In this document: positions 29,179 through 38,421 of the stretch, piece after piece
How the letters are laid out: each line of letters opens with the position of its first letter
How positions within the stretch are numbered: position 1 is the first letter of the stretch
Origin: a virus
Virus record (IMG/VR): IMGVR_UViG_3300021256_000064
Coordinates: 64,001-128,000 of that record
Strand: one strand, 5' to 3'
Length of the DNA: 64,000 bases
Translations under genes and position numbers: made by a program
The notes under the pieces: generated by a model
What the model saw: the letters and a program-made list of their open reading frames with translations, nothing else
Told to the model about the DNA's origin: nothing
The model's database searches: none

Positions 29179-29361
29179 TCAAAAACCAATGTAGTGGTCA
29201 AACTGTCCGTCAATCCGACATTCAATGTACCAATCTTCTTCAGAACACATATCTTCTTCTAAAAGACAGCCAAAAGCGTGAGCATTTTCGTAAGAAGTAA
29301 ATGTATCTTCTTTAAAATGATGTCCCATACAATCAATCACCCACACCACATATTCAAACAT
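29179..29361 (-). CDS. acidic Cys/His small protein (60 aa)
   Basis: ORF track. Confidence 0.4.
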   Translation of the reverse strand: MFEYVVWVIDCMGHHFKEDTFTSYENAHAFGCLLEEDMCSEEDWYIECRIDGQFDHYIGF

Positions 29362-29449
29362 TTTTTTGTTCTCCTCTCTTGTTTCTGATATAATGATACT
29401 ACTTTTTTAGTCACTTGTCAAAGGATTTTTTTAATTTTTATGCGGTTTA

Positions 29450-29732
29450 GCATTTTGCACAAAAAGGCTTTAAAAAGTTTGTGCAATTTGCTATTTTTAT
29501 TTTTAGCTATTGACAAAAAATTTTTTGTGCAAACTGCACAATAACAGAGTGCTTCACTTGTGTAGTTTGCACAACTCCAGAAAAGTCAAGTAGAAATGTT
29601 GCACAAAAATGGGGCAGTTTTGGGCGTTCTTTTTGTGCAATTTGACGAGAAGCACATCTGCACCGATCTGTCAATGGGCAAATTGCACAAATTTGGGAAA
29701 AAATTGCGCTTAATCTTTGTGTAATTTGCCTA
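29450..29732. promoter_or_regulatory. dense array (8 or more) of TTGCACAAA / TTTGTGCAA operator half-sites upstream of unit 7 promoter
   Basis: seen directly. Confidence 0.6.
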
Positions 29733-29815
29733 TTGACAAAACCGCGAGGGTATGGTATAATGGTTGAACGGGCAAAGCCCGTGCGCCCACGGCGCGCCGA
29801 GCAAGAGCCGGAGCT
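29733..29815 (+). ncRNA. plus-strand unit 7 (hairpins ACGGGC-AAA-GCCCGT and GCGCC-CAC-GGCGC)
   Basis: TTGACA 29733-38, TGgTATAAT 29756-61. Confidence 0.45.
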
Positions 29816-30009
29816 TAGGAGAAGAATCTATTCCAAGCTTCCCACTCCTCAGTCCAGAGGTCCTCGATGTCTGTCCAATCGAGGTTCTCATCTCCGCTCA
29901 GCATAGCCGAACGAGCAAAGGCTGTAGCTTCCATAGCCTTGCGGTACTGCTCTACCTTGCGGTTTGTGAGGGTTGCTGTGATGCCGTCTGCGATAATGAT
30001 TGTTGTCAT
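29815..30009 (-). CDS. acidic small protein (64 aa)
   Basis: ORF track. Confidence 0.45.
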   Translation of the reverse strand: MTTIIIADGITATLTNRKVEQYRKAMEATAFARSAMLSGDENLDWTDIEDLWTEEWEAWNRFFS

Positions 30010-30094
30010 TTTTTTATCTCCTCTCTCTTGATGATTTTATTATATCAGATGGGATTGTTTTTGTCAACTACTTTTTTTTATTTTTTTTAGCGGA

Positions 30095-30180
30095 GCGAGT
30101 GGGAGTTGAACCCAAGAGAACTACTTGCTAGCATTTTCGTTCCCAGACGTCACCGTCTACCTACTTCCGTTCGGCTTACC
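30095..30180 (-). ncRNA. promoter-driven tRNA-like RNA (T-loop GGGTTCAACTCCC) occupying the slot where a module normally carries a CDS
   Basis: promoter 30185-30235 has ATCATCGGAAGG in place of RBS; transcript lacks ORF. Confidence 0.35.
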
Positions 30181-30418
30181 CTTCCGATGATTTTATTATA
30201 TCAAAGACTTTTTAGTTTGTCAACTACTTTTTTTATTTTTTGGTGAGGGATGGGAACTTGTCCGCTCACCGTGCCTGTATTCATCGCGCCCTAATGTCCC
30301 CAGGCTCTGGCGCATTTCTTTGGTTTGTTGGTTTTTACGGCGGGTCTCTCATTTCTGTGTTCCTCTCTTTTGATGATTTTATTATATCAGGTGGGGTTGA
30401 TTTTGTCAACCCCTTTTT

Positions 30419-30565
30419 TCAATTTTTTTCTTCTATTGTCATGTACTCTTCATAACCGAGGTTATCCCAAGCAGTATCTACATATTCGCAAGCCTCTTCA
30501 TAAGAATCGAATACTTCATCTACACTCCAGTTTCCACAGCAATCCATGAACCATACTTCGTACAT
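30419..30565 (-). CDS. acidic Cys-containing small protein (about 48 aa)
   Basis: internal ATG of ORF 30419..30622. Confidence 0.35.
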   Translation of the reverse strand: MYEVWFMDCCGNWSVDEVFDSYEEACEYVDTAWDNLGYEEYMTIEEKN

Positions 30566-30734
30566 TTTTGTTCTCCTCTCTCTTGATGATTCTATTATAT
30601 CAGATAGGTTGAAGTTTGTCAACCTTTTATTTTTATTTTTTAGAAGTTTTTGATATGAGTGGGAGATTTTCGACTTAGTTTAAAACTTACTCGCCTCGTC
30701 TGGGTGAACTTGCTTTAAAACACCCTTCGAAGTA

Positions 30735-30790
30735 AAGGAAGGAATCGAACCTTGTGTTGCTGTCAGCCTTTCTGACTGCCTTTACCTTAT
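30735..30790 (-). ncRNA. mini tRNA-like RNA at +1 of a promoter module: acceptor-like, D-arm-like and T-arm (AAGG-TTCGATT-CCTT) but no anticodon arm
   Basis: RC GGTAAAGGCAGTCAGAAAGGCTGACAGCAACACAAGGTTCGATTCCTTCCTTTACT. Confidence 0.3.
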
Positions 30791-31494
30791 GTTTTTATTA
30801 TACCAGAGGGGTTGAGGTTTGTCAACCCCTCTTTTTCATTTTTTTAATTTTCTTTGAGAAGCTCTTCAGCGATTTCCTCGGCTTCCGCCTCGGTGATTTC
30901 GTTGTATGCTACCATTCTGACCAGTTCTTCGAACATCATGTACTTCATTTTGCGTTCCTCGCTTTCTTTATCTTATGTACTTATTATATCAGATGTTTTG
31001 TAGTTTGTCAACTACTTTTTTTATTTTTTTGAAGCTTTCTACATTTCAGATGAACAACCGGCGCTTGGCTCGTCCGCCCACCCTATTCTGTTTTGTTGCT
31101 TCCTTTCTTTTGATGATTTAATTATATCATGGGGCTTGGCTTTTGTCAAGCCCCTTTTTTAATTTTTTTAAAAGATTTTTACGACTTTTCTGTCATCGTT
31201 ATCGTTATCTGTTGTGATAACCGCTGTTGTAGCATCTACATCTACAATACCATCCCAACCGCCATCCATAGCTGTCTGAACCGGAATGTTAAGTGCGTTA
31301 TTTGCTACTGCCCAGTTATAAAGATCCATGATTGTCATTTTTTTTACTTCCTTTCGTTTGTGTTTTTGTTTTCCTTTGATGATATAAGTATACCATCCTA
31401 GGTTTCTGTTGTCAATAGTTTTTTAAAAATCATATCAAAAATATTGCACAAAAATAGGAATTTATTTTTGTACATTTTGACGAATAAATTAGTC

Positions 31495-31606
31495 TTGACA
31501 AACTGCGTTGTAGTGTGGTATAATTTTCACGGCCTCCAGCCGTTCGTTTGTGGTTGCTAATCTTATTAGTTAATAAAAAGATAAGAGCGTTTCCGCTCTT
31601 ATCTTA
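31495..31606 (+). ncRNA. plus-strand unit 8 (hairpin ACGGC-CTCCA-GCCGT; terminator AGATAAGAGCG-TTTC-CGCTCTTATCT)
   Basis: TTGACA 31495-500, TGgTATAAT 31519-24. Confidence 0.5.
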
Positions 31607-31904
31607 CCTCGTTATATTTATTTCTTGTGTGTTCTTTTGCCAGTGCTAAAAGGTCTGTCGGGATTGTTTCATTTTCGTTGTAGTATCTTCTAATCTGTCC
31701 TGGTCTAGCGATTAATCTAGTTACCATTTTCTTTGTTCTTTCATTGTAGATTGTAATGATTGCTGTTGAGCTAATCACGTGGATTTCAGCACCGTTGCGA
31801 TGTCCTCTGTCTACTCTAACTTCCTTTACTGGTGTTCCTTCACCGATCTGCTGAATAAGTTCTTCTCTTGCTTTTCTATCTTTTGTGTAATGCTTGCTTG
31901 TCAT
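31599..31904 (-). CDS. hypothetical protein (101 aa)
   Basis: ORF track. Confidence 0.5.
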   Translation of the reverse strand: MTSKHYTKDRKAREELIQQIGEGTPVKEVRVDRGHRNGAEIHVISSTAIITIYNERTKKMVTRLIARPGQIRRYYNENETIPTDLLALAKEHTRNKYNEVR

Positions 31905-32044
31905 GTCTTTGTTCTCCTTTGCTTTTGTTTTCTTTTGATGATACTATTATAACGCTTACTTTATTAGTTGTCAATAGGTTTTCAACAAAAATATTGCACA
32001 ATTTTAGGTGATTTATTTTGTTACTTTTGACGAATAACTTAGTC

Positions 32045-32140
32045 TTGACAAACTGCATCGTTGTGTGGTATGCTGTTTCGGTGTCCGAACGACTGTTCAC
32101 GTTAGCAAATAAGTAAAAGCCTAACTTTCGTTAGGCTTTT
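32045..32140 (+). ncRNA. plus-strand unit 9 (promoter near-identical to unit 8, -10 TATGCT; terminator AAAAGCCTAAC-TTTCG-TTAGGCTTTT)
   Basis: seen directly. Confidence 0.45.
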
Positions 32141-32145
32141 ATTCT

Positions 32146-32328
32146 TTATACTCTATCGAGCAGTTCGCTTGTGGCGTCCAGCCATTCACGAGAAGCTTTC
32201 ATGTAGTTATCGTTTGCTAACATCCATGTTTCTGCATCAGCTGTTTTTGCTTCGATAAGCTGATTAAATGCGTAATCCATGTTTGCCTTAAGTTCCTTGC
32301 ATCTCATTTCCATAGCCTTTACTGTCAT
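32146..32328 (-). CDS. hypothetical protein (60 aa)
   Basis: ORF track. Confidence 0.45.
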   Translation of the reverse strand: MTVKAMEMRCKELKANMDYAFNQLIEAKTADAETWMLANDNYMKASREWLDATSELLDRV

Positions 32329-32439
32329 TGTTTTGTTCTCCTTTTCTTTTGTTTGAGGTTTCTTTCCTCATCTCTTGAATACATTATACTGCTAAGTAGT
32401 TCACTTGTCAATACTTTTTTATAAAAAATATTATCTTTT

Positions 32440-32940
32440 TATTGGTTAGTAGTGCCTACCTACTACCATGCTGTACTACATACATGTATTAACATATTAA
32501 TGTGTTAATGTATTAATGTTGTATTGTGTTAATGTGTTAATGTTGTATCACTTCACATCGTTACACTTCAACGTGGTGAAGTGATGCAGCTCAGCACTTC
32601 AACGTGGTGAAGCGTCACAGTGATACCACTTTAACGCGCTGAAGTGGCAATGCTTTAACGCGGTGAAGTGATAGCGCTTTAACGTACTAAAGTTTCATAC
32701 TTTAACGCGGTGAAGTGGCACCGTGGTGACGCGCGAAAAACAGCCATAAGTAAGACTTTAGCGAGGTGAAGTGTTAACGCGCTGACGCTTTAACGCGGTG
32801 AAGTGGTGACGCTGTGAAGCGCTGAAATCGCCCCTAAAATGGGACTTTAGCGCGGTGAAGTGTGACGCTTTAACGCGCTAAAATTTAACGCTTTAGCGTG
32901 GTGAAGTGCAAAAACGGCTCTCAACCAACCCGTTTCGAGC
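32440..32940. repeat. iteron array: about 11 degenerate copies of ACTTYAACGCGGTGAAGTG (partly palindromic ACTTCA-N6-TGAAGT) at irregular 20-45 bp spacing, preceded by GTTAATGT mini-repeats
   Basis: seen directly; noncoding 950-bp gap between gene blocks. Confidence 0.75.
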
Positions 32941-33060
32941 CGCGCGCAATACGAAGATTATTATAATTACTAATCAAGAATTTTCCATAAATTAAGAATT
33001 GATTTTTTGAAAATATTATTTTTATTATTTTATTTTTTATTATTTTATTTTTATGGCAGG
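32941..33060. repeat. AT-rich tract with TATTTTATT repeats (DNA-unwinding-element-like) adjoining the iterons
   Basis: seen directly. Confidence 0.6.
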
Positions 33061-33297
33061 TATGAGTGTTTTATGTATTTTTTGGGGCGTATCAATCTAC
33101 AGACGTACTCGTCAGATTTGTTCAGCTACAGACACTTCCTTAATAATTATCTGGGGGGGTATATTTCGGGAGAAAAATTTTTTAAAAATGTGAAAAGGGT
33201 ATTGTCTCCACACAACTCTCTCCAAATTAATTTTCAAAATTAAAAAACGATTTAAATCCCACTTCCCTCTCCAAACCAAAAATGGAGGGATGATTTA

Positions 33298-33654
33298 TCA
33301 TCCCTCCATTTCCTTTGCCTCATAAATATTTGGATACCAACTAAAAAATGGTTTCCTACTTCCGCCAACTTTTATCCTATAAGTTTTTCCAACTTCAATT
33401 TTCCCATATAAATCAGAAGAATTAAATCTTCCATAAAGCCAACTATCAGTAATCTCATAAGTGGTATCAGTAGAATAAACTAAATATTTATCATCTTTAA
33501 CCATTTTATCAGTAACTTCAATAGTTTCATATCTTATATTTGTAGCTTTATCAATAGGTCTCCAAAAACTAACTACAATAAGAAACCCTATAATAAGGAT
33601 ATAAAAAATAAATGCAATAACTTTTACATTAGAACCTTCATCATAATAACCCAT
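33298..33654 (-). CDS. membrane protein (118 aa, N-terminal TM helix)
   Basis: ORF track. Confidence 0.5.
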   Translation of the reverse strand: MGYYDEGSNVKVIAFIFYILIIGFLIVVSFWRPIDKATNIRYETIEVTDKMVKDDKYLVYSTDTTYEITDSWLYGRFNSSDLYGKIEVGKTYRIKVGGSRKPFFSWYPNIYEAKEMEG

Positions 33655-33657
33655 CTC

Positions 33658-33840
33658 TTAATCCTTCACATTTTCCCAATTAAGCGGGGTTCCACAGTGC
33701 CCGCAAGTTTCTCTTTCCCAATTTGCGGAATCTCTATAAAAAGCAGCTCCGCACGTCGGACACCAAACAACATTCTTTTCATCTTCTCTAATTACAACAT
33801 TCTTTTCATTCATTTCCTTCTTACCTCTCCTTTTAATCAA
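33658..33840 (-). CDS. zinc-ribbon small protein (60 aa)
   Basis: ORF track; CPTCG...CGHCG. Confidence 0.45.
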   Translation of the reverse strand: MIKRRGKKEMNEKNVVIREDEKNVVWCPTCGAAFYRDSANWERETCGHCGTPLNWENVKD

Positions 33841-33981
33841 AACATCTTGCCGCCAAATTTACAAGCAACATAATCCAACACAAAACATAATTAACAATAG
33901 AAATCTCTCCACCATTAGCGGCGTTCGCAATATTAATTACTCCAATAAAAATCCAAAGTATCAATAACAACATATCCATTT

Positions 33982-34314
33982 TTATTCATCCTTATCCGCC
34001 ACATAATCAGCGATTCTTTCAATAGTATCTTCTACCTTATCCAAATTTTCTGCGGTGACCTGTGATGCAATAATCATTTTATAACAAGTACTCTGTGAAG
34101 GAATAGCTACTGCAAAAATCATAAAAATAATTCCAATAATTGTAACTATTTTTGTTTTCTTATCCCACCAAAAAGATCTTATTTCTCCAGCCTTCCATAA
34201 ACCCCATATACATGCTACATAAACAAAAGCAGTTATTGCAAAAATAATAGCAACAGCCTTTATTCCCTCACATATTTCAGCAAAATAAAAAATCCACGGA
34301 TTTACAATAAACAT
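33982..34314 (-). CDS. multi-TM membrane protein (110 aa)
   Basis: ORF track. Confidence 0.5.
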   Translation of the reverse strand: MFIVNPWIFYFAEICEGIKAVAIIFAITAFVYVACIWGLWKAGEIRSFWWDKKTKIVTIIGIIFMIFAVAIPSQSTCYKMIIASQVTAENLDKVEDTIERIADYVADKDE

Positions 34315-34316
34315 TC

Positions 34317-34673
34317 TTATACTCCTTTTCTTTCAGGTAGATTTAAAATTTCATCAATTGGTGCGGATCTCCATATAACTCTCCACCAATTATTTTCATC
34401 ACGATACCCACTATAACAATGTGATGCTTGAGGAGAGCCAGAAAGCGGGCTCCAATCAATTAAACAATCACTGCAGTCCCCATCTTTCTGCTCATCATAT
34501 TCACACAAAAAACAATGAGCCATTACATCTTTAAAATTATGTTCTGCGCACCATTTTTCTTTAAATTTTCTTCTATCAAAACCATCAGGATTATTACCTA
34601 ATTCCGCCCGCATATCACTCCACATCCGCCGATGAAGCTCTAGCGCTCTTTCTTTTGTTAATTTCTCTTTCAT
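34317..34673 (-). CDS. hypothetical Cys/His/Trp-rich protein (118 aa)
   Basis: ORF track. Confidence 0.5.
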   Translation of the reverse strand: MKEKLTKERALELHRRMWSDMRAELGNNPDGFDRRKFKEKWCAEHNFKDVMAHCFLCEYDEQKDGDCSDCLIDWSPLSGSPQASHCYSGYRDENNWWRVIWRSAPIDEILNLPERKGV

Positions 34674-35062
34674 TATACAAGTCCTTTGTTTGCGGCTTCA
34701 ATCTCAGGATTTTCTTTTGAATATCCCCTAGGCGGAGTTGGCTTTTTTAGCATACCATAAGTTTCAAGTGTTACAAGTCTATCACGCATACTAAAAGTAT
34801 AGTCATAGATTTCATTATTAATATCTACCTGACGCTGACGCTCAGCTCTCCATTCTGCAAGTTTCTTCCCATAAGATTCATCCCAGGTATCCTGCGGGCA
34901 GCATTTCGCAATTCCTTTATAAATGCGAACATCTTCAATATCATCATATTTATCATCACCAAGTCCATATTTTTCAATTCTAGTGATAAAATCATCAACT
35001 GTAGTAATGATACAAACAACTGTGCGCTTCTTTTCATTTACAATAAATTCTGTAGTTACCAT
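34673..35062 (-). CDS. hypothetical protein (129 aa)
   Basis: ORF track. Confidence 0.5.
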   Translation of the reverse strand: MVTTEFIVNEKKRTVVCIITTVDDFITRIEKYGLGDDKYDDIEDVRIYKGIAKCCPQDTWDESYGKKLAEWRAERQRQVDINNEIYDYTFSMRDRLVTLETYGMLKKPTPPRGYSKENPEIEAANKGLV

Positions 35063-35343
35063 GCGGTTTTGCAGGTATATGGCCGTCTCATACCTGCCGC
35101 CTCCTTTTCTCTTTAGTCTTTAATATTTTATTTATTTATCATTTACAAGTATATTATATTATAAATTTTTTAATTTTTCAAAATAGTAAAAAATATATCA
35201 AACTCCGCAAATTCTAAATCTTGCTCTTTACCTTCTTCTGTTGTTATAAAAAATTTTCCTTTACGCTCTTGATAATTGTAAACTTTATTTTTTACAAAGC
35301 TTCCTTTATTAAGAGTTAAATTATAATTTGCTTTAACTTTCAT

Positions 35344-35772
35344 TTATCTTAACCCCATATATTCAATAATTTGTTTATTTTTTTCAATAGCATAATTCCT
35401 TGTTATGAATGTTCCTCCACCGCCAACACCGTCCCATACACACAAGAGAGTATCTGCATTATCCACCATAAAACGGTCTCTAACAAAATATGCCATTTTT
35501 GAATATTTATCAGAAATAAAAGCAATATGATTTCCTTCCATAATCCACTTTTCTGTTGGTGAATAATACTTTTTGGGAAATGGATAGCAGCAAACTATAG
35601 GTATATCCAACTCCTTTGCGGCTGTTGCTATAATTTGATCAGTCCCTTGTGCCATGCCGTCAAAAATCAATGATGGCTGAAGGCGAGTAAGCTGCTCCAC
35701 CGCCCACTTTTTTACTAGTTTCTCTTGTCCTTTTAATCGTCCTGGTCGATGTCCTGTTACAGCTAAAATCAT
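35344..35772 (-). CDS. SLOG / DUF1273 (YpsA-like) family protein
   Basis: 142 aa; N-terminal VTGHRPxRL and GGG(G)T motifs. Confidence 0.5.
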   Translation of the reverse strand: MILAVTGHRPGRLKGQEKLVKKWAVEQLTRLQPSLIFDGMAQGTDQIIATAAKELDIPIVCCYPFPKKYYSPTEKWIMEGNHIAFISDKYSKMAYFVRDRFMVDNADTLLCVWDGVGGGGTFITRNYAIEKNKQIIEYMGLR

Positions 35773-35858
35773 TTTTTATTTTCCTCTTTCATTTTTACTA
35801 TACAATTATTATACAAAATTTTTTTAAAAAAATCAATTAAGGTATGCTTAAAACTAGA

Positions 35859-35888
35859 TTGACAAAGAAAAATTTTTTTGCTATAATA
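35859..35888 (+). promoter_or_regulatory. first late (plus-strand) promoter, divergent from last minus early promoter (35790-35830)
   Basis: TTGACA-AAGAAAAATTTTTTTGC-TATAAT then AAGGAG RBS. Confidence 0.6.
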
Positions 35889-35917
35889 TATCTATAAGAC
35901 TAAGAAAGGAGTGTTTT

Positions 35918-37048
35918 ATGAAATAGGCAGGTATAAAAAATGCTCCTCTATCTAAAAATATTGATAGTAAAAGACCTTATGCTAGATTGGATCATACTAT
36001 TACTGATATTAATTAGCGTAATAAAATAGTTCATCAAATTGTAAATACTACACCTCCTTAGCGGTTAACGCCTTATTATTTGGAAGAGTTAACTAGATAT
36101 TTAGTATAGACTCAACAGAGCAAGAAAGAAAAGACAATTTTAACAGATAATAGAATGGTTACCGTTAATAAAAGAGAAACTTCTTATGAAGGGCTTGTTT
36201 TAAAATTAGAGAATGGTGAAGATGGTATTTATAATTTTATGACTGGCGGCGATAAGAATATTTTATTAGTTCCAAAAATATAGATCACTGAAGATGATAT
36301 TGCTACAATACCTGGATTAAAAGAATTAAGAGAATAGATAAAAAAAATAGAGAGTCAACAAAAAGAAGCAACTGGGAAAAAGAAATTTTTATTAACTAAA
36401 CAATTAATATAGATGCGGCAAGATCAATACATATTAAAAAGTTCCTATAAACCGCCAATTACCTCAATGAAATTAACAAAAAATGTAAATCATATTGTTT
36501 TAAATGAAAGAGTAAAAATTGATGAAAAAGGTGACCCAGTTAGTAATTGTTTAATATCATTATTTAATCCTCATCATGTTAGTTGTCTATTGTGTAATTA
36601 TTCTAAAATAAAAGAATAGGCTTGGGGTAATTTTGATGGAGATTGGTGGTTTTTAATGGAGGATTTTGATAATCTTATTGATAAAGCTTTACAAAAAGAT
36701 TATCCTATTTTATATGATGTTGTTAAATTAAAAATTGACGGCTTACAAAATAAAGACATTTCTATATAGCTGAAACAAAAATATGGCGTTACCTATTCTG
36801 TTGAATACCTTTCCGTTGTTTGGCGTAAAAAAATCCCAAAAATAATTTCAGATAGGGCAAAAGAAGATTGGATCGTATGGTATTATACCATAAAAGAAAA
36901 GGGTAAATGGAAAAGATGTTCTAGATGTCATGAAGTAAAATTAGCTCATCCCTATTTTTTCACAAAAAATAAAACCGCAAAAGATGGTTTATATAGTATG
37001 TGTAAATGTTGTAGAAATAAAAAAACAACAAAGGTCAAAAAAGCTTAA
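35918..37048 (+). CDS. late protein with C-terminal Cys/His cluster (possible HNH/Zn-finger); 7 in-frame TAG
   Basis: single frame (mod 3 = 2) open from ATG 35918 to TAA 37046 except TAGs; ORF-track fragment 36413..36619 in same frame. Confidence 0.55.
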
Positions 37049-37091
37049 TTTAATATACTATTTTTTATATAAAAATAGAAAGGAGATTTTT

Positions 37092-38414
37092 ATGGCAAAG
37101 AAATTAGGACAAGAACCAGATAAGAATGGGAAATGTGCATGTTAGAGATGCGGTAAACGGATCGGTCAAATTAATTTTTACACATATAAAGATGGTAGTA
37201 AATGTGAGATTTGTAAAGAATGTTTAACTGCACATATTGATAATTTTGATTTCCATACTTTTGAATGGATTTTAGAAAAATTTGATGTTCCCTATATTCC
37301 TACTGAATGGAATGTATTAAGAGATAGAGCATTTGCTAAAGATCCTTATAAAATGAATGGAATGTCAGTTGTAGGTAAGTATCTTGCGAAAATGAAACTT
37401 AAACAATGGCGGGAATATGGATATGCAGATACTAAAAAAATTCAAAAAGAAATGGATGAAAAAAAGGCTAAAAAAGAATAGGCAGAAAAAGAAGAAAAGT
37501 AGCGATATGAAGCTGAATTGAAAGTTAAATTAAGTTAGGGAAAAATTTCACTTGCTGAATATCAAACTTTAGTTAGCACAGAAACCCAAAATAAAGAATT
37601 ACCTCAATGGGGAAATAATATAACTGGCTAGCATTTGGGTCAAATGTATTAGGCATATGGTCAACCGCAATCTTATGCTGATGCATTAAGCCAAGCTAAA
37701 AATCCATTTCAATAGCAGAACTTTTTATCTTAGAATGAACTGCCAGATGTTGGTTCAGATTTAAGTAAAGATGATAAAATGTATCTTGCGGTTAAGTGGG
37801 GTAGATTGTATAAACCTAGTCAATGGGTTGCTCTTGAACAGTTATATAATGAGTTTATGAGTTCTTTTGATATACAAGGTGCCGCCAGAATTGATACTTT
37901 AAAGAAAATTTGTAAAACTTCTTTAAAAATGGATTAGGCTATTGATTGCGGCGACATAGATTCTTATCAAAAATTATCTCGTGTATATGATTCATTAATG
38001 AAATCCGCAAAATTTACAGAAGCGCAAAATAAAGATAAAGAAGGTGCGGGAATTGATTCTGCTTCTGCTATTGTTGATTTTGTATAGAGTCATAGTGGAG
38101 AAATTCCACGTTATCATTGTGATGAACCTCAGGATATTATTGATCAAATTATTTTAGATTTAAAAGCTTATAATAAAAATTTAATTTATGAAGATAAATC
38201 TTTAGCTCAAGAAATTGAAAAATATCTTCAAGATAAGCGTATCTCTGATGAAATGAAGAAAGATAAAAAAGAAGCAAGAGCAAAAGGATTAGATACCGTT
38301 GAACTTGAAGATGATGATTTTGTAGATTTTAAAAATGTTTTAAATCATATGAAGACACATGATAATGACCTAGATGATACTTTAATTGAAGAATAGTATC
38401 AAAATAGGAGGATA
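37092..38414 (+). CDS. packaging-region protein with N-terminal zinc ribbon (possible small terminase by position); many in-frame TAG
   Basis: GGAG RBS, ATG 37092, TAA 38412; immediately upstream of TerL. Confidence 0.45.
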
Positions 38415-38421
38415 AAACAAG

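Noticed and set aside
32440-32940. Possible CRISPR array, because repeats alternate with short unique segments
   Set aside because: Repeat copies are degenerate, spacing is irregular (20-45 bp) and shorter than CRISPR spacers, several copies abut directly, and there are no cas genes; an iteron/ori-like binding-site array fits better.
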